Virus record (IMG/VR): IMGVR_UViG_3300027766_000001
From: a virus
Taxonomy: Duplodnaviria; Caudoviricetes
Strand: one strand, 5' to 3'
DNA: 64,000 nt
The notes beneath the pieces were generated by a model. It worked only from the letters and a program-made list of their open reading frames with translations. It made no database searches and was not told the origin of the DNA. Below are positions 1 through 10,255 of the stretch, in pieces (positions within the stretch are counted from its first letter, which is position 1; every line of letters begins with the position of its first letter). The position numbers and the translations under genes are program-made.

Positions 1-249
1 AATGAGGCGATTGCCAGCCTGAAGGACACCCAGCTCACGGCTTCAGAGAAGAGAACCATTCTCAATGAAATCGAGCAGATGAACAAAATCATTGCCGAGA
101 CAGACAACGATTGGTCTGTGCCGGGTCGCATTGCTATTTTAATTCGCAGCAGTCAACGTGACCAGATGCGTAACAAACGTCTGCAGCAAGACCTCGAAGC
201 TTTGTTAAACAACCCGCTGTACGCCACAGCAGCCAAATACTCCGTATAA
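1..249 (+). CDS. 3' end of an internal head/ejection protein (phiKZ gp83/84/86-like family), partial
   Basis: Frame 1 is open from base 1 to TAA at 247-249: ...RLQQDLEALLNNPLYATAAKYSV*. The LExLxxNxLY ending resembles this phiKZ-like head family (recalled). Not in the ORF track because it is 5'-truncated. Confidence 0.7.
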   Translation, partial: NEAIASLKDTQLTASEKRTILNEIEQMNKIIAETDNDWSVPGRIAILIRSSQRDQMRNKRLQQDLEALLNNPLYATAAKYSV

Positions 250-254
250 AGGAA

Positions 255-758
255 ATGAAGATGATCATCGTAAATGCAACAACTTTAAAAGCCAACGTCA
301 TTGCTGTGCGCGGTATGGGTGAGATCCCGTCAACCCTGCGTGAAGATCTGGTGATCTTTGGTCTGGCCCGTGTGATTGCGTACGGCACTGCAATTCCACC
401 TGAGCCGGTGGCTAACCCGGTTGCGTTCTTTGATGAGAACTCCGGTGAAGTCAAAGCAACCGTTGCCCAGGTTAACGAGAACACCGTGCTGAACCTGCGT
501 AAAGTGGTTGAGCTTGCCGGTGTGATCTACCGTGCCCGTTACGATATGGTGCACAACTCTCTGAGCCAACCGGCGCAGGCACTCTGTCAGCAGGCACTGG
601 TCGCCAGCGGTCAGTACAACTTCCCGCAGGCTATCGCCGATGCACTGTCGCAGTCTGAACAGTCTGATGACCTGGGTCGCTCCATTGGCTTCGCTCTGAA
701 CCTCTTTGCTGTTATCAGCGTACCGGGTGCAGGCGACGTTACCACTGACGAAGAGTAA
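255..758 (+). CDS. hypothetical virion-associated protein
   Basis: 167-aa ORF with AAGGA RBS, tightly packed in the head-protein operon. Confidence 0.8.
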   Translation: MKMIIVNATTLKANVIAVRGMGEIPSTLREDLVIFGLARVIAYGTAIPPEPVANPVAFFDENSGEVKATVAQVNENTVLNLRKVVELAGVIYRARYDMVHNSLSQPAQALCQQALVASGQYNFPQAIADALSQSEQSDDLGRSIGFALNLFAVISVPGAGDVTTDEE

Positions 759-767
759 GAGGTTGCC

Positions 768-2162
768 ATGTCTTTAGAAATGATTACGAGCTTCATGCAA
801 CCTAACGGCAATGTGCCGAAGTCTGCGCTGACTGTGGTGAAGAAGCCCAACAACGAAGTCGAAACCATTCTACCGGGTGATGACAAAGCCATCACTGCTT
901 CACTTGAAGCTGTGCGTGAAGTCATCGTGCTGCGTGACCGTGTTGCCAGTGAAGGTATGTCGCGTGAAGTGATTCGTCAGCTGCAGATGGTTGCACCGTC
1001 TGCCGTGCCCAATGGCTACGGTCTGGAAGCCTTTACTGAGCTGCCAACCAACGTCATGATGAAAGCCGGCATGGAGTCCATGACGGCAACAGTGCTCGAT
1101 GCGCTGAACAAGCTGATCAAGTTCCTCATTGAGAAACTGAAAGTCGGTTTTAATCTGCTGATCGATTCGTACAAGTCACTGACCGGTATTTCACCTTCGG
1201 CGTACAAGCTTGCTAAGCAGGAAGTGTATGCGGATGCCATGATGAAGAACTGGCGTACGGTGATGGGGTCGGATCTGGATGAATGTATCCTCGCGTCTCT
1301 GCGTGCCAGCTCGACCGATGAAGTCGGTGCCCAGTTAACCATCGACGGTTTCTTTAATGACACTGATGGTATCTGTGACAACCTCATTGCATTCGAACCG
1401 CTGATTGCACAGTTGCAACGTGCCACTGAAGACCTGCTGGTTGAATCCGGCATCAACATGGCTGCGTACAACCGCATCGTGTCCTCTAATCGTCAAGCAG
1501 CATCTGACGAAGACATGGTGAAAGCAACACAGCGCGTCAGAGGGATGATCGATACGCCTAACATCCAGAAGATCAGTAAGCTGCTGGAACAGTTAGCGAA
1601 GAAGGTGGTCGAGTCTAAGCTGTATAAGCCTGATGACAAAACCGGCAAAGCCATCGTTGACCGTCTGCGCAGTGAGCGCTTCCGTGATATCCTGGTCGGT
1701 CTGCATGATGCGTGTCGTCAGCAGCGCCCCCTGGTGCTGAAGTCCACTGAAGGTTTCATTGAAGCCAAACAGCAGAACTTCGATCAGATCGTTGATCGTC
1801 TGAAGAACTTCACACCGGTTGATGCTAAGAACGCCCGTGAGTTCAAGCAGGAGCTGGATAAGCTGTCTGTGCAACAGAGTCTGGTTGCCGGTGACATCAG
1901 TGGCTTCCCGCAAGCTTGCGCTGACTTCCTGAATCAGCAGAACGACGTGAAGGCTGTGGTTGATGTGGTGCGTGAAATCACCGCCAACTACGCCGAGACC
2001 GTGTTCAAGATGACGGCGTTCCGTAACCGTGTGCGTCAGATCAAAGTCGTGAAGATGGTTTCTGATGATCCGGCGTCACAGGCCTTTGAAGCCAACGAAG
2101 AGCAGATGGACAAAATCCGTAAGTTCGTCAAAGACTGGATCACCCGTGCCACGTCGCTGTAA
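768..2162 (+). CDS. internal head (ejection) protein, protease-processed
   Basis: 464 aa, GAGG RBS, helical composition, GYGLE|AF and AGME|SM motifs about 90-105 aa from the N-terminus. Confidence 0.75.
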   Translation: MSLEMITSFMQPNGNVPKSALTVVKKPNNEVETILPGDDKAITASLEAVREVIVLRDRVASEGMSREVIRQLQMVAPSAVPNGYGLEAFTELPTNVMMKAGMESMTATVLDALNKLIKFLIEKLKVGFNLLIDSYKSLTGISPSAYKLAKQEVYADAMMKNWRTVMGSDLDECILASLRASSTDEVGAQLTIDGFFNDTDGICDNLIAFEPLIAQLQRATEDLLVESGINMAAYNRIVSSNRQAASDEDMVKATQRVRGMIDTPNIQKISKLLEQLAKKVVESKLYKPDDKTGKAIVDRLRSERFRDILVGLHDACRQQRPLVLKSTEGFIEAKQQNFDQIVDRLKNFTPVDAKNAREFKQELDKLSVQQSLVAGDISGFPQACADFLNQQNDVKAVVDVVREITANYAETVFKMTAFRNRVRQIKVVKMVSDDPASQAFEANEEQMDKIRKFVKDWITRATSL

Positions 2163-2171
2163 GGAGCTAAC

Positions 2172-3431
2172 ATGACTACCTTAGCGGACTCTATCCGTAG
2201 CACGATTAACCTGACCGATGATCTCATTACGTTACTGCAACGCGCTGAGATGCTGGAGACGTTAACCAAAGAGCACACTGAGTTCTCTGGGATGTACGAC
2301 AAGATCCGTGACAAGATCATGTTCATCACCGGCTCCATGGAGTCAATTGATGAGCACGGGATTTCACAAGAGATCATTACCAGCATCCATGTGCAATTGC
2401 CAGGTATCGCTGAAGAGGTACCGGTCAACGGTTACACCCAAGCACTGTCCAGGCTGAACGTGGGTTATGCACTGGAGTCGCTGTCAGACGGTAAGCAGCA
2501 TCTCATTGCCGGTGGTATCAGTGGTGTCATTGTTATCATCATCAAAGCACTGAAGTGGTGTCTTGCCACGCTCAAGGGGTATCTGAAGTCACGCCGTGAA
2601 ATCAACCGGGTTGGTTTAGCGGTAACCGGGAATGCCAATCGTCTGGGTGCGACTGACACACCGGCAGATATCCTTGATCGTCTGACCAAAAGCAAAGACT
2701 TCATCGATGCGGCAAACGGCTATAACTGGCTGATCTCTATCCGTGAAGAAACGGATGCGCCGTTTACCTTTGATAGCAACGCGCTTACCGAATGGTGGCC
2801 CGAGTTGTCAAAAGAGATGGTGTATGAGTTTGAAGCCATTAAAGCCATGTACCAGGCCATGGGTGAAGGTGTCCTCATCAAACCCAACGTGTCGACTGTC
2901 AAAGACTCGGCTGCCTTCTGCCGTTTCTTTAAAGCCCTGCCACAAGGTGTGGGTCGTGACGGGAAACCGTTTAGCCGGGATGCCGCGGTCACCGATTTCC
3001 AGCGCAGCCCAACTGTAGCACTCACCAACCTGAACTCCCGTCTGGGTCAGATGTTCTTGTTACCCAAGATTGATGACAAAGACGCGATGGCACGTAACCT
3101 GATTCGTATTGGTCGCAGCATTGAAACCTATACGTTGATTGACCGTGTGGTGTACGACGGGTTAAACAGTGTGGAAGTCAACCATACCTTTGACCGTCTG
3201 CATACCGAGTTCAGTGCGTTCTACAAGAGCTTGCAGTCGCAGAAGTACACGGCGCCGCAAGATCACGTGGATGCCTTTGTTCAAGTGGTGAACAAGTACG
3301 CTGAGAAGATGAACTGCTATTCTCGTCTGATCACCGTGGTTGCCTACCTGGATTCCATGAGTTACACGGCCGGTGCCTCACTGGCTGAGTTCGTGGCACG
3401 CTGGACAGCAGAAATGGAAAGTCGCATATAA
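2172..3431 (+). CDS. internal head (ejection) protein, protease-processed paralog
   Basis: 419 aa, AGGAG RBS; same propeptide layout as the upstream gene (GSME|SI, YALE|SL, then a hydrophobic helix). Confidence 0.75.
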   Translation: MTTLADSIRSTINLTDDLITLLQRAEMLETLTKEHTEFSGMYDKIRDKIMFITGSMESIDEHGISQEIITSIHVQLPGIAEEVPVNGYTQALSRLNVGYALESLSDGKQHLIAGGISGVIVIIIKALKWCLATLKGYLKSRREINRVGLAVTGNANRLGATDTPADILDRLTKSKDFIDAANGYNWLISIREETDAPFTFDSNALTEWWPELSKEMVYEFEAIKAMYQAMGEGVLIKPNVSTVKDSAAFCRFFKALPQGVGRDGKPFSRDAAVTDFQRSPTVALTNLNSRLGQMFLLPKIDDKDAMARNLIRIGRSIETYTLIDRVVYDGLNSVEVNHTFDRLHTEFSAFYKSLQSQKYTAPQDHVDAFVQVVNKYAEKMNCYSRLITVVAYLDSMSYTAGASLAEFVARWTAEMESRI

Positions 3432-3491
3432 AGCACAGAGGCCTCCTCTCCCCGTGAAGGGAGAGGAGTGCCCCTTATGCCGATTATGCCG
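3432..3491. terminator. bidirectional hairpin terminator with two TTATGCCG motifs
   Basis: CTCCTCTCCC/GGGAGAGGAG stem (3443-3468) between convergent genes; TTATGCCG at 3475 and 3484. Confidence 0.8.
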
Positions 3492-6438
3492 TGAGGTTGG
3501 ATTTGGAATCGCTGTGTTTCAGGAAGTTCACGGTGATGTCTTCTACCACGGTCAAGCCGCCGTTGGAAGTCACATCGAGACGCTTCTTGATTGCACAACG
3601 CAGGGTTGGGTCAGACACGGTCAGTACCTGGATATCCTGATCTGGACCAAAGCCCGGGATACGAATGTCCACGATATCGCTGGTACGGTACTGACGCAGT
3701 GCATCCACGGTATCGCTGACAGAGAAGGTTTCCTGTGCCAGGATATCCGTAATCACCGTTGGGATCACTGACTTGAGGTTATCACGCAGAGACGTGTTCT
3801 TGTAGCCGGTATCGGTCAAGTACACATCAAAGGAGAACGCCACCGCAGCAGAGATCTGGCGAGCTTCTTTGGCATTCGCTGTCACATCAATGTAGCCCAG
3901 CGTTTGCTTCGGACGGAACACCACCTTGGTGAGGTTAAGCAGCTTCTTCGTCACCACAGGCATGTCGTTGGTTACCCACGACACCAACTGATTGATAACA
4001 TCCGTGATGTACGTGGCATCCAGGGAGTTACTGGAGAAGTAGTACGCCGCATCCAGACCTACCATGTCAAACTCATGGAGCACAACACGCTGGTTGATTG
4101 GAATTGGGTTACCCTGGTCATCGTACTTCACATCACCCTTGTGATAACGGATCATGGTCTGGCCTTCTGCATCGAGACGCAGATCACCTTTGGCATGCAG
4201 CTTGATCGGGTTACCTGATGCATCAAACACCAACTGCTGACGATCGTCACGCTCCCACTCATCCGCCTCGTAACGCCAGAACACATCTTCCTCGTATTTC
4301 TTGTACGCCACATCAGACGGCAGCGGACGAGCACGGGTATACATGTTGTCCAGGGCATCACCAAACTTCAGCTGGTAACGCTGTTCAGTTACTGCCACCA
4401 TTTCACGATCCAGGTATTCCCGACCCAGCAGCTTATCACTGTCCGACAGTACTACGTCGTTCGGTGACTTGTTCTTGCTGATGCAGTTCAGAATGGTAAA
4501 CGACCCTGACATCGGTGTTTTCAGTTTCGATGGCAGGTTACCAAACTGACCAAAGGAGGTCAGGATCAACTGGTTCGCTTCGGTGATATCCATGTTGGAC
4601 GTTAACTGGAATTCCCAGACACGTTCACGGGTGTCAGTGCGACCCACGATCTTGCCGTTCAGATACGCATAGCTGCTTTCCTCATCCGGTAGGAACAACA
4701 TCTGCATCATCACGTCAGCATCATCCAGGTTCTTGTAGTAATCCCCGGAGGCAGTCGTCAGCTTCAGCACATACCCGTTGTCGCCTTTGGCAAACGCGTA
4801 GTTACCGATCCCCACTTCCACACCAACGGAGTTGTTCTCACTCAAGAACTCACGGTAGGCCACTTCCGGACGGTCCATGTCATAGACGCGGGTCACGAAC
4901 GCATCGTTGTTGGCATCCAGCACATAGTAGAACGGACTGTACAGGAACAGGCCTTTGTTGATCATGACGGCAACGTCTTCGACTTTGCTGCCATTGATCT
5001 CAGCCATCCGGGCATTGGACACCATGGTGTATACACCGTCCACCACTTCGTACAACGCTTTGGGTGAAATGGTAATCCGATTCCCGTTGTCGTGTACTGC
5101 GTTGTTGGTGACCAACTGCTCCATGGTCATCTGTGCTGTGATAATGCCTGTGCCCACTGCAGTAGTGAGTTTCTTGTTCAACTGCGTTCCGACCATGCGG
5201 CTTGCCTGGTAGGTGCGGCTGGTTACAAGGTCTTCCACTTTCAGCACGTCATACCCAAGCTTACTCAGGGTGGCGTTAATCTGACCCGGGGTAATTGGGA
5301 TATCCGTTTGGTTACCGTCGTAGATCACCTGGTTACGCAGATCTGCAAACGACATGGCATTGGTACCACCTGACAGCGTGCCATTCGTGAGAATCGTCTT
5401 CTCGTTGAACACCGTGATCGGTGTAGAAAACTTATCGAGCTGACGCGACTCGTAGTTGAAGTCTAACCACTTAGCCGCAATCTGTGCCCCGGTCACCACT
5501 GTCGGTTCCAGGTACAAGGCGCCTTTTGAGGTATAGATGTCAACACGCACCTGACGCCCAATCCCCACACCGTTGGATATATAGATTTCGGGCAGACGCA
5601 CTTCAACGGTATTCTCCAATACCTTCAGCACAAACGTTAAACGGTTAATGTCAAACGTTTGATCGCTGTGGGTGGAATAGGCTTCATCCCAGTCAGCATC
5701 CGTGGAGGTACGCGTCCAGACACGAGCATAGTAGAAGTAATCCCCGTTTAAGGAGAAGGTGTTCTTGTACGCTGTGGCGGCTGTGATCATCCCGTAGTAC
5801 GGCGTCGCTGTAAACTGACGCATGCTCAATTCGATGTACAAGTACTCGACGTTGTTCATCGTGGCAATGCGCCAATCGATCTGGTTGGTTTCCAGTGTCA
5901 GCAGCGGAGTGGGTTGTGAGACGTCCCACACCACCATGAACCCGCCGTGCTTCATCACACGGATCTCCAGTGGATACTCCTGACTGAAGTCCGCACCTGC
6001 CACACTGTAAACCGAGTTACGTGGGAAGACCAGTTTCGAGTAGACACTGTCAATGTCGTCGTTGGACGATTCGGCAACCCGCACAGCACGCTGGCGCACT
6101 TCCTCGGCGTTGAGGATCAACACAAACGGCAAACGTGATGGTGTGGAGAAACGACCGTCGTAGTCTTCATCGGACATGTGACGGTACAGGTCTTCCTGGC
6201 TGTTGGCTTGCACTGGATAGAAACCGGCGATGGTATCGGCCATTGCCTGCATGCTGGCCGCGTTCATCAGTGCCGACATTTCCATGGCATACCAGAACGG
6301 GTGGTTGGCATCGGGAATATCAATCTCACCGTTCATGGCTTTGTCTAACAGATCCATTGAAAGATCCATCATGCTTGACGGATCATACCGCACGGCTAAA
6401 ATGCGGTCCTTCACCGACAGATTTAGTAAGTCACTCAT
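3484..6438 (-). CDS. large virion structural protein, probable baseplate wedge (phiKZ gp87-like)
   Basis: 984 aa, GAGG RBS; size, divergent position beside the gp88/89-like genes and N-terminal DPxSMM..HPF..ME motif recalled from phiKZ-like phages. Confidence 0.7.
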   Translation of the reverse strand: MSDLLNLSVKDRILAVRYDPSSMMDLSMDLLDKAMNGEIDIPDANHPFWYAMEMSALMNAASMQAMADTIAGFYPVQANSQEDLYRHMSDEDYDGRFSTPSRLPFVLILNAEEVRQRAVRVAESSNDDIDSVYSKLVFPRNSVYSVAGADFSQEYPLEIRVMKHGGFMVVWDVSQPTPLLTLETNQIDWRIATMNNVEYLYIELSMRQFTATPYYGMITAATAYKNTFSLNGDYFYYARVWTRTSTDADWDEAYSTHSDQTFDINRLTFVLKVLENTVEVRLPEIYISNGVGIGRQVRVDIYTSKGALYLEPTVVTGAQIAAKWLDFNYESRQLDKFSTPITVFNEKTILTNGTLSGGTNAMSFADLRNQVIYDGNQTDIPITPGQINATLSKLGYDVLKVEDLVTSRTYQASRMVGTQLNKKLTTAVGTGIITAQMTMEQLVTNNAVHDNGNRITISPKALYEVVDGVYTMVSNARMAEINGSKVEDVAVMINKGLFLYSPFYYVLDANNDAFVTRVYDMDRPEVAYREFLSENNSVGVEVGIGNYAFAKGDNGYVLKLTTASGDYYKNLDDADVMMQMLFLPDEESSYAYLNGKIVGRTDTRERVWEFQLTSNMDITEANQLILTSFGQFGNLPSKLKTPMSGSFTILNCISKNKSPNDVVLSDSDKLLGREYLDREMVAVTEQRYQLKFGDALDNMYTRARPLPSDVAYKKYEEDVFWRYEADEWERDDRQQLVFDASGNPIKLHAKGDLRLDAEGQTMIRYHKGDVKYDDQGNPIPINQRVVLHEFDMVGLDAAYYFSSNSLDATYITDVINQLVSWVTNDMPVVTKKLLNLTKVVFRPKQTLGYIDVTANAKEARQISAAVAFSFDVYLTDTGYKNTSLRDNLKSVIPTVITDILAQETFSVSDTVDALRQYRTSDIVDIRIPGFGPDQDIQVLTVSDPTLRCAIKKRLDVTSNGGLTVVEDITVNFLKHSDSKSNLTA

Positions 6439-6452
6439 ATCAGCCTCTAAGC

Positions 6453-7526
6453 TTAGAAGTCACCACGGAAACTGCTCTGCGTGGTAGCTTTAGGGTTGGA
6501 CAGGTTAAGGTCCTTTGGAACCCACCATTCAAATTCGTTGGTATTGAGATCGATGCGCGGATACCCGACGAAGTTGTACACAGCGTATTCCTGCGGTGTT
6601 AACTTGCGGTAGAAGTTCGTGCGGTTACCGTCTTTCATCTGCGGGTTGAACATGGTGACACAAGAGTTGAAATCTTGAATCAGCGACATGGTGTTATACC
6701 GGAACCCGACACATGACCACTGGCAACTGATCTGGTTGTTGGCTTTGATCAGCGGTGTGTCTTTGGTGGTCGCATAATCAAATGCCGCACCGATTGGGTT
6801 GGTATTACAAATCGCAGAATACGGCGCACCGATCTTGGTCACGTAGCGATACGTTTGATCGAGCACCACACGGTAGATGCGCATGGTGTAGTCGATGTAG
6901 TTGTTCACGATCGCATCCCAGTACGGCACCATCTCACCCAGGTACACCGCTGACCCATAGGTCTGCAGCAAATCCAGGATCATGGTCACCGGGTCACCCG
7001 AGACGTTACCAAAGGACGCACTCAACTGATACGCTTCATTGAACTCCGATTGACCATCGATCATCTGCCAGGTTTCTTTACGTGCACCGGGTGCTGCGGT
7101 AAACAAGTCCACCACAATATCCGGAAAGCCCGTTAACGATTCCAGCGTGTTACCCAGGATTGGAACGAAGGCTTGCGCATTATCAAACAGACGACTGTAG
7201 GATTTACGCTGCACGGTTCCGATCGCATCGAACATTGATCGTATAGCACCGGGAATTGTATCCGGGTTATTTGTGGCCAATGCGTAGAGCTTTTCTTTCC
7301 GAAGAAGATTATCGTATGATAAGTTAAGAATCGGCCGTGTGAAGAAGGTATATCCCATCACGTCACGGTTTATCGGAAGAAATGCCGCGCGGTTACTAAA
7401 CTTGTTATAGCCGTAGTAGTTATTTGCAAGAGCGGATGAGACGCTTCCGTGTCCGGCCGCCCGTGCTGCTGCGTCGATTTCATCCATCCATAGGTTCGGG
7501 TTAAAGGTGGTGCTATCGTCGGCCAT
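6453..7526 (-). CDS. virion structural protein (phiKZ gp88-like; tail/baseplate)
   Basis: 357 aa; GYTFFTRPxLNL motif; co-oriented upstream of the 984-aa gene; synteny. Confidence 0.65.
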   Translation of the reverse strand: MADDSTTFNPNLWMDEIDAAARAAGHGSVSSALANNYYGYNKFSNRAAFLPINRDVMGYTFFTRPILNLSYDNLLRKEKLYALATNNPDTIPGAIRSMFDAIGTVQRKSYSRLFDNAQAFVPILGNTLESLTGFPDIVVDLFTAAPGARKETWQMIDGQSEFNEAYQLSASFGNVSGDPVTMILDLLQTYGSAVYLGEMVPYWDAIVNNYIDYTMRIYRVVLDQTYRYVTKIGAPYSAICNTNPIGAAFDYATTKDTPLIKANNQISCQWSCVGFRYNTMSLIQDFNSCVTMFNPQMKDGNRTNFYRKLTPQEYAVYNFVGYPRIDLNTNEFEWWVPKDLNLSNPKATTQSSFRGDF

Positions 7527-7579
7527 TCCTGAGTTCCTCGAAAATCATTTTAAATTTGTCTCTGAAAGGAGTGACGTAT

Positions 7580-8761
7580 ATGTTACCAGTTGTCACTGGC
7601 GTGGTTACATTAGCTACGACTTTAGCATCGCTGGCTAGTTGGTTTTCCAAAGCCAAAGAGAAAGCAAAAGACGCAGGCATCGATCTGGATAAAACCCTGC
7701 AGGCAATCAGTGCAGCGGGTAACTCCGATCTGATCAGCTTCACCAAAGTGTGCCGTATGGAACCTCTGGTGTTACTGGACGACCGTCTCCGTAACGATCC
7801 GGTTACCCCGGACATTATGCAGGTGATCACCAGTATCGTCGCAGGCTACTACCTCCAGACCTTTGCCCTCCTCGGTCAGGTCAGCGGTGTGGATGTGATC
7901 GGCACCCTGGACAAGCTCAATCCAGCCCGTACGGGTATTGGCCTGAACTCGTTCGATAACCCGAACACTGATTACATTAATACGCACCGGGTCGTTAATA
8001 GTTCCGTTCCGTTCTATAGTATCGGGATGGAAGCGCTGTTAGATGAGCCCGTTCCCCCGTCAGCAACCGCTGGCAAAGACAGCAAAACCAGCCTGTCGGT
8101 GCCGGGTAACATTGCTGACATTACTCAAGCCTCCAACCTGGCTGTGGGTAAAATGATTAAGGCGGTGATCACCGCTAACGGTAACTCGGTTGAAGTGCCG
8201 ATTACCATCCGTGTGAAACCGATTAGCACGGACTCGAACTCTATCGCCAGCACGCTTGCGATCGGCACCACCAAGAACAACGTGAAAGAGCGCTGGCAGC
8301 GTTTCCGTGCCGGTGAGCTGACGTTCTCTAACTTGCTCTTTATGGACGACGTTGTGCAGCAGCACAAATCTATCCTGATTAAAGACAAGTCAGGCTTTTA
8401 TGCCGAAGTGGTACGTCGTGCTAACGGTAACCTGGCGAAAGGCATTACCAGCGGTAACCTGTCCATGGCCACCAACTCCAACATCATTGTCATCACGGCG
8501 TCGACCGCCCAGGCAGTGGCGCGTGAGCTTGGCGGTAGCCTGGATAACTTCCAGATCCGCGAAGGCGTGTTTAAGAACGTCTACTCCAACATGCTGGTCG
8601 TGGTTAACCAAGACAGCGCGATGGTGACCTTCTACTACCGTGGCGAGCGCACCGGTACAAACGTGTCGGCGTACGATCTGAAACTGTCCAGCAAAGGCAA
8701 TGGTCCGGACATCATGTCGATCTTCACGGCATTTGCTGAAAACAAAATTCCACCACTCTAA
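7580..8761 (+). CDS. inner-body/head protein (phiKZ gp89-like)
   Basis: ATG at 7580 after AAGGAG RBS (track uses TTG at 7556); DLISFTKVCRMEPLVLLD motif; IGME|AL candidate cleavage site. Confidence 0.75.
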   Translation: MLPVVTGVVTLATTLASLASWFSKAKEKAKDAGIDLDKTLQAISAAGNSDLISFTKVCRMEPLVLLDDRLRNDPVTPDIMQVITSIVAGYYLQTFALLGQVSGVDVIGTLDKLNPARTGIGLNSFDNPNTDYINTHRVVNSSVPFYSIGMEALLDEPVPPSATAGKDSKTSLSVPGNIADITQASNLAVGKMIKAVITANGNSVEVPITIRVKPISTDSNSIASTLAIGTTKNNVKERWQRFRAGELTFSNLLFMDDVVQQHKSILIKDKSGFYAEVVRRANGNLAKGITSGNLSMATNSNIIVITASTAQAVARELGGSLDNFQIREGVFKNVYSNMLVVVNQDSAMVTFYYRGERTGTNVSAYDLKLSSKGNGPDIMSIFTAFAENKIPPL

Positions 8762-8773
8762 GGGATCGGGTTG

Positions 8774-9676
8774 ATGAACATTTTTGACTACGCCAAATCC
8801 ATCTTCTCTGATGGCATTGAAAAACGCGATCTGCTCAGTGAAGTGGATCGCCTGGAAACGGAACTGAACAAGTTCACGTTGAACGGTTACAAACAGGCGG
8901 TAGCGTTGGGCCTGAAAGCCGATGGTCCGAACTACTACTGTAAGTCGATCAGCAAGGCTTACGAAGGCGTACGTAACCAACAGCGTCTGCGTGCGGTAGA
9001 CATCATTGAAGGCACGTTCCTGAGTCTGTCGCAGCTGACCCTGACCCTGCCGTGGCTGCGCAAGCAGATCGAGCGTGAATCAAAGCAGAAGATCGTGCCA
9101 GAGAACCTGGACTTCAAAACCGCGAACTTCCTGCGTTACATTGATTCCATCGACTTCTACCTGCGCTATGCCCGCTCTATGCTGCTGGTGATCTCCACGA
9201 TCAAATCCAGCGACAACGAAGCGGCGTACCAGCTGGACAAGCAGGTGCTGATGGCCGAAGCGAAGTTCCTGACAGAAACCGGTAGCTTCTTCGTTTACCT
9301 GGTCGGTCTGTTCTCACAGCCGGTACTGGTTACCGAGAAGCTGTTTGATGCGGTACCAACCGTGGTGGTTTCCGAAGCGGATGAAGCGGTTGTGGCAACC
9401 GTGCTGGGGAATAAAGTCAACGCCTTCCAGAATGGCTTGATCCCGGCACGCTTCAACATCTTCTTTATTATCGGTAAACGTCGTGCTGAGCGTCGTGTTG
9501 CCCGTCTGCGTCAAGCCGAAGCAGCAGCGTCAGCCATTGAGCTGACTCTGAACAAGCTGCAGGAGCAGAAAGCCGGCGGTAGCGATGACCCAACATTGGA
9601 TAAGCAGATTGCGTATTACACCAATGTGCTGAACAAGTTGAACTTCGAAATCGAAACCATCAGCGCTGAAGCCTAA
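8774..9676 (+). CDS. inner-body/head protein (phiKZ gp90-like)
   Basis: About 300 aa, helical, C-terminal LDKQIAYY coiled coil; synteny after the gp89-like gene. Confidence 0.7.
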   Translation: MNIFDYAKSIFSDGIEKRDLLSEVDRLETELNKFTLNGYKQAVALGLKADGPNYYCKSISKAYEGVRNQQRLRAVDIIEGTFLSLSQLTLTLPWLRKQIERESKQKIVPENLDFKTANFLRYIDSIDFYLRYARSMLLVISTIKSSDNEAAYQLDKQVLMAEAKFLTETGSFFVYLVGLFSQPVLVTEKLFDAVPTVVVSEADEAVVATVLGNKVNAFQNGLIPARFNIFFIIGKRRAERRVARLRQAEAAASAIELTLNKLQEQKAGGSDDPTLDKQIAYYTNVLNKLNFEIETISAEA

Positions 9677-9685
9677 GGAGCCGTC

Positions 9686-10219
9686 ATGGTCGCCCGAGCA
9701 TTTACCGGCGCGGACGCAATTTACGATACAGGCTTTACCTCCTATGCACCACGCAGCAACGTGAAGTTAGAACGCGATGTTGACGTGGTGCTGCTGTATC
9801 GTGAGCAGATTGCTAATCCCGCTGTTTATGAAAACTGGAACTACAAAGAACGTGTCCTGGAAACCGCGGCACGTTTACTGTTCCCGTTAGCGCCTTGGGT
9901 TATGGCCCAGCGTGCTAACACCATGCACTCCAAACACTCACTGATGTTTGTGCGTGACCTCGCCAAGGTAGCCCTTGGCGGTGAGCGAGATATGTCGGTT
10001 CGGATGCGCATGACGCTGATGACTGACAGTGCAGTGCTGTCAAACCCGCTGGAGTTACGGGGTGACATCGATAAGCTGGACACCTATCTGCCAATGGCAC
10101 TGGTGAATCAGCTGCGCGATGCAAACAGCGGCAATGCGTTGGCCAACCTGACCGATACACCGGATAAGCTACGGGATTTGGTTCAGTCATTATATGTCAT
10201 GTTTGGTACGGGTCGCTAA
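9686..10219 (+). CDS. conserved hypothetical protein (phiKZ gp91-like position)
   Basis: 177 aa, AGGAG RBS, within the head operon. Confidence 0.7.
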   Translation: MVARAFTGADAIYDTGFTSYAPRSNVKLERDVDVVLLYREQIANPAVYENWNYKERVLETAARLLFPLAPWVMAQRANTMHSKHSLMFVRDLAKVALGGERDMSVRMRMTLMTDSAVLSNPLELRGDIDKLDTYLPMALVNQLRDANSGNALANLTDTPDKLRDLVQSLYVMFGTGR

Positions 10220-10255
10220 GGCCCGTATCATCTATCTATCACAAGAGGAATTACA

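Noticed and set aside
8398-8405. TTATGCCG inside the gp89-like coding sequence
   Set aside because: No upstream hairpin; consistent with chance (about two expected per window).
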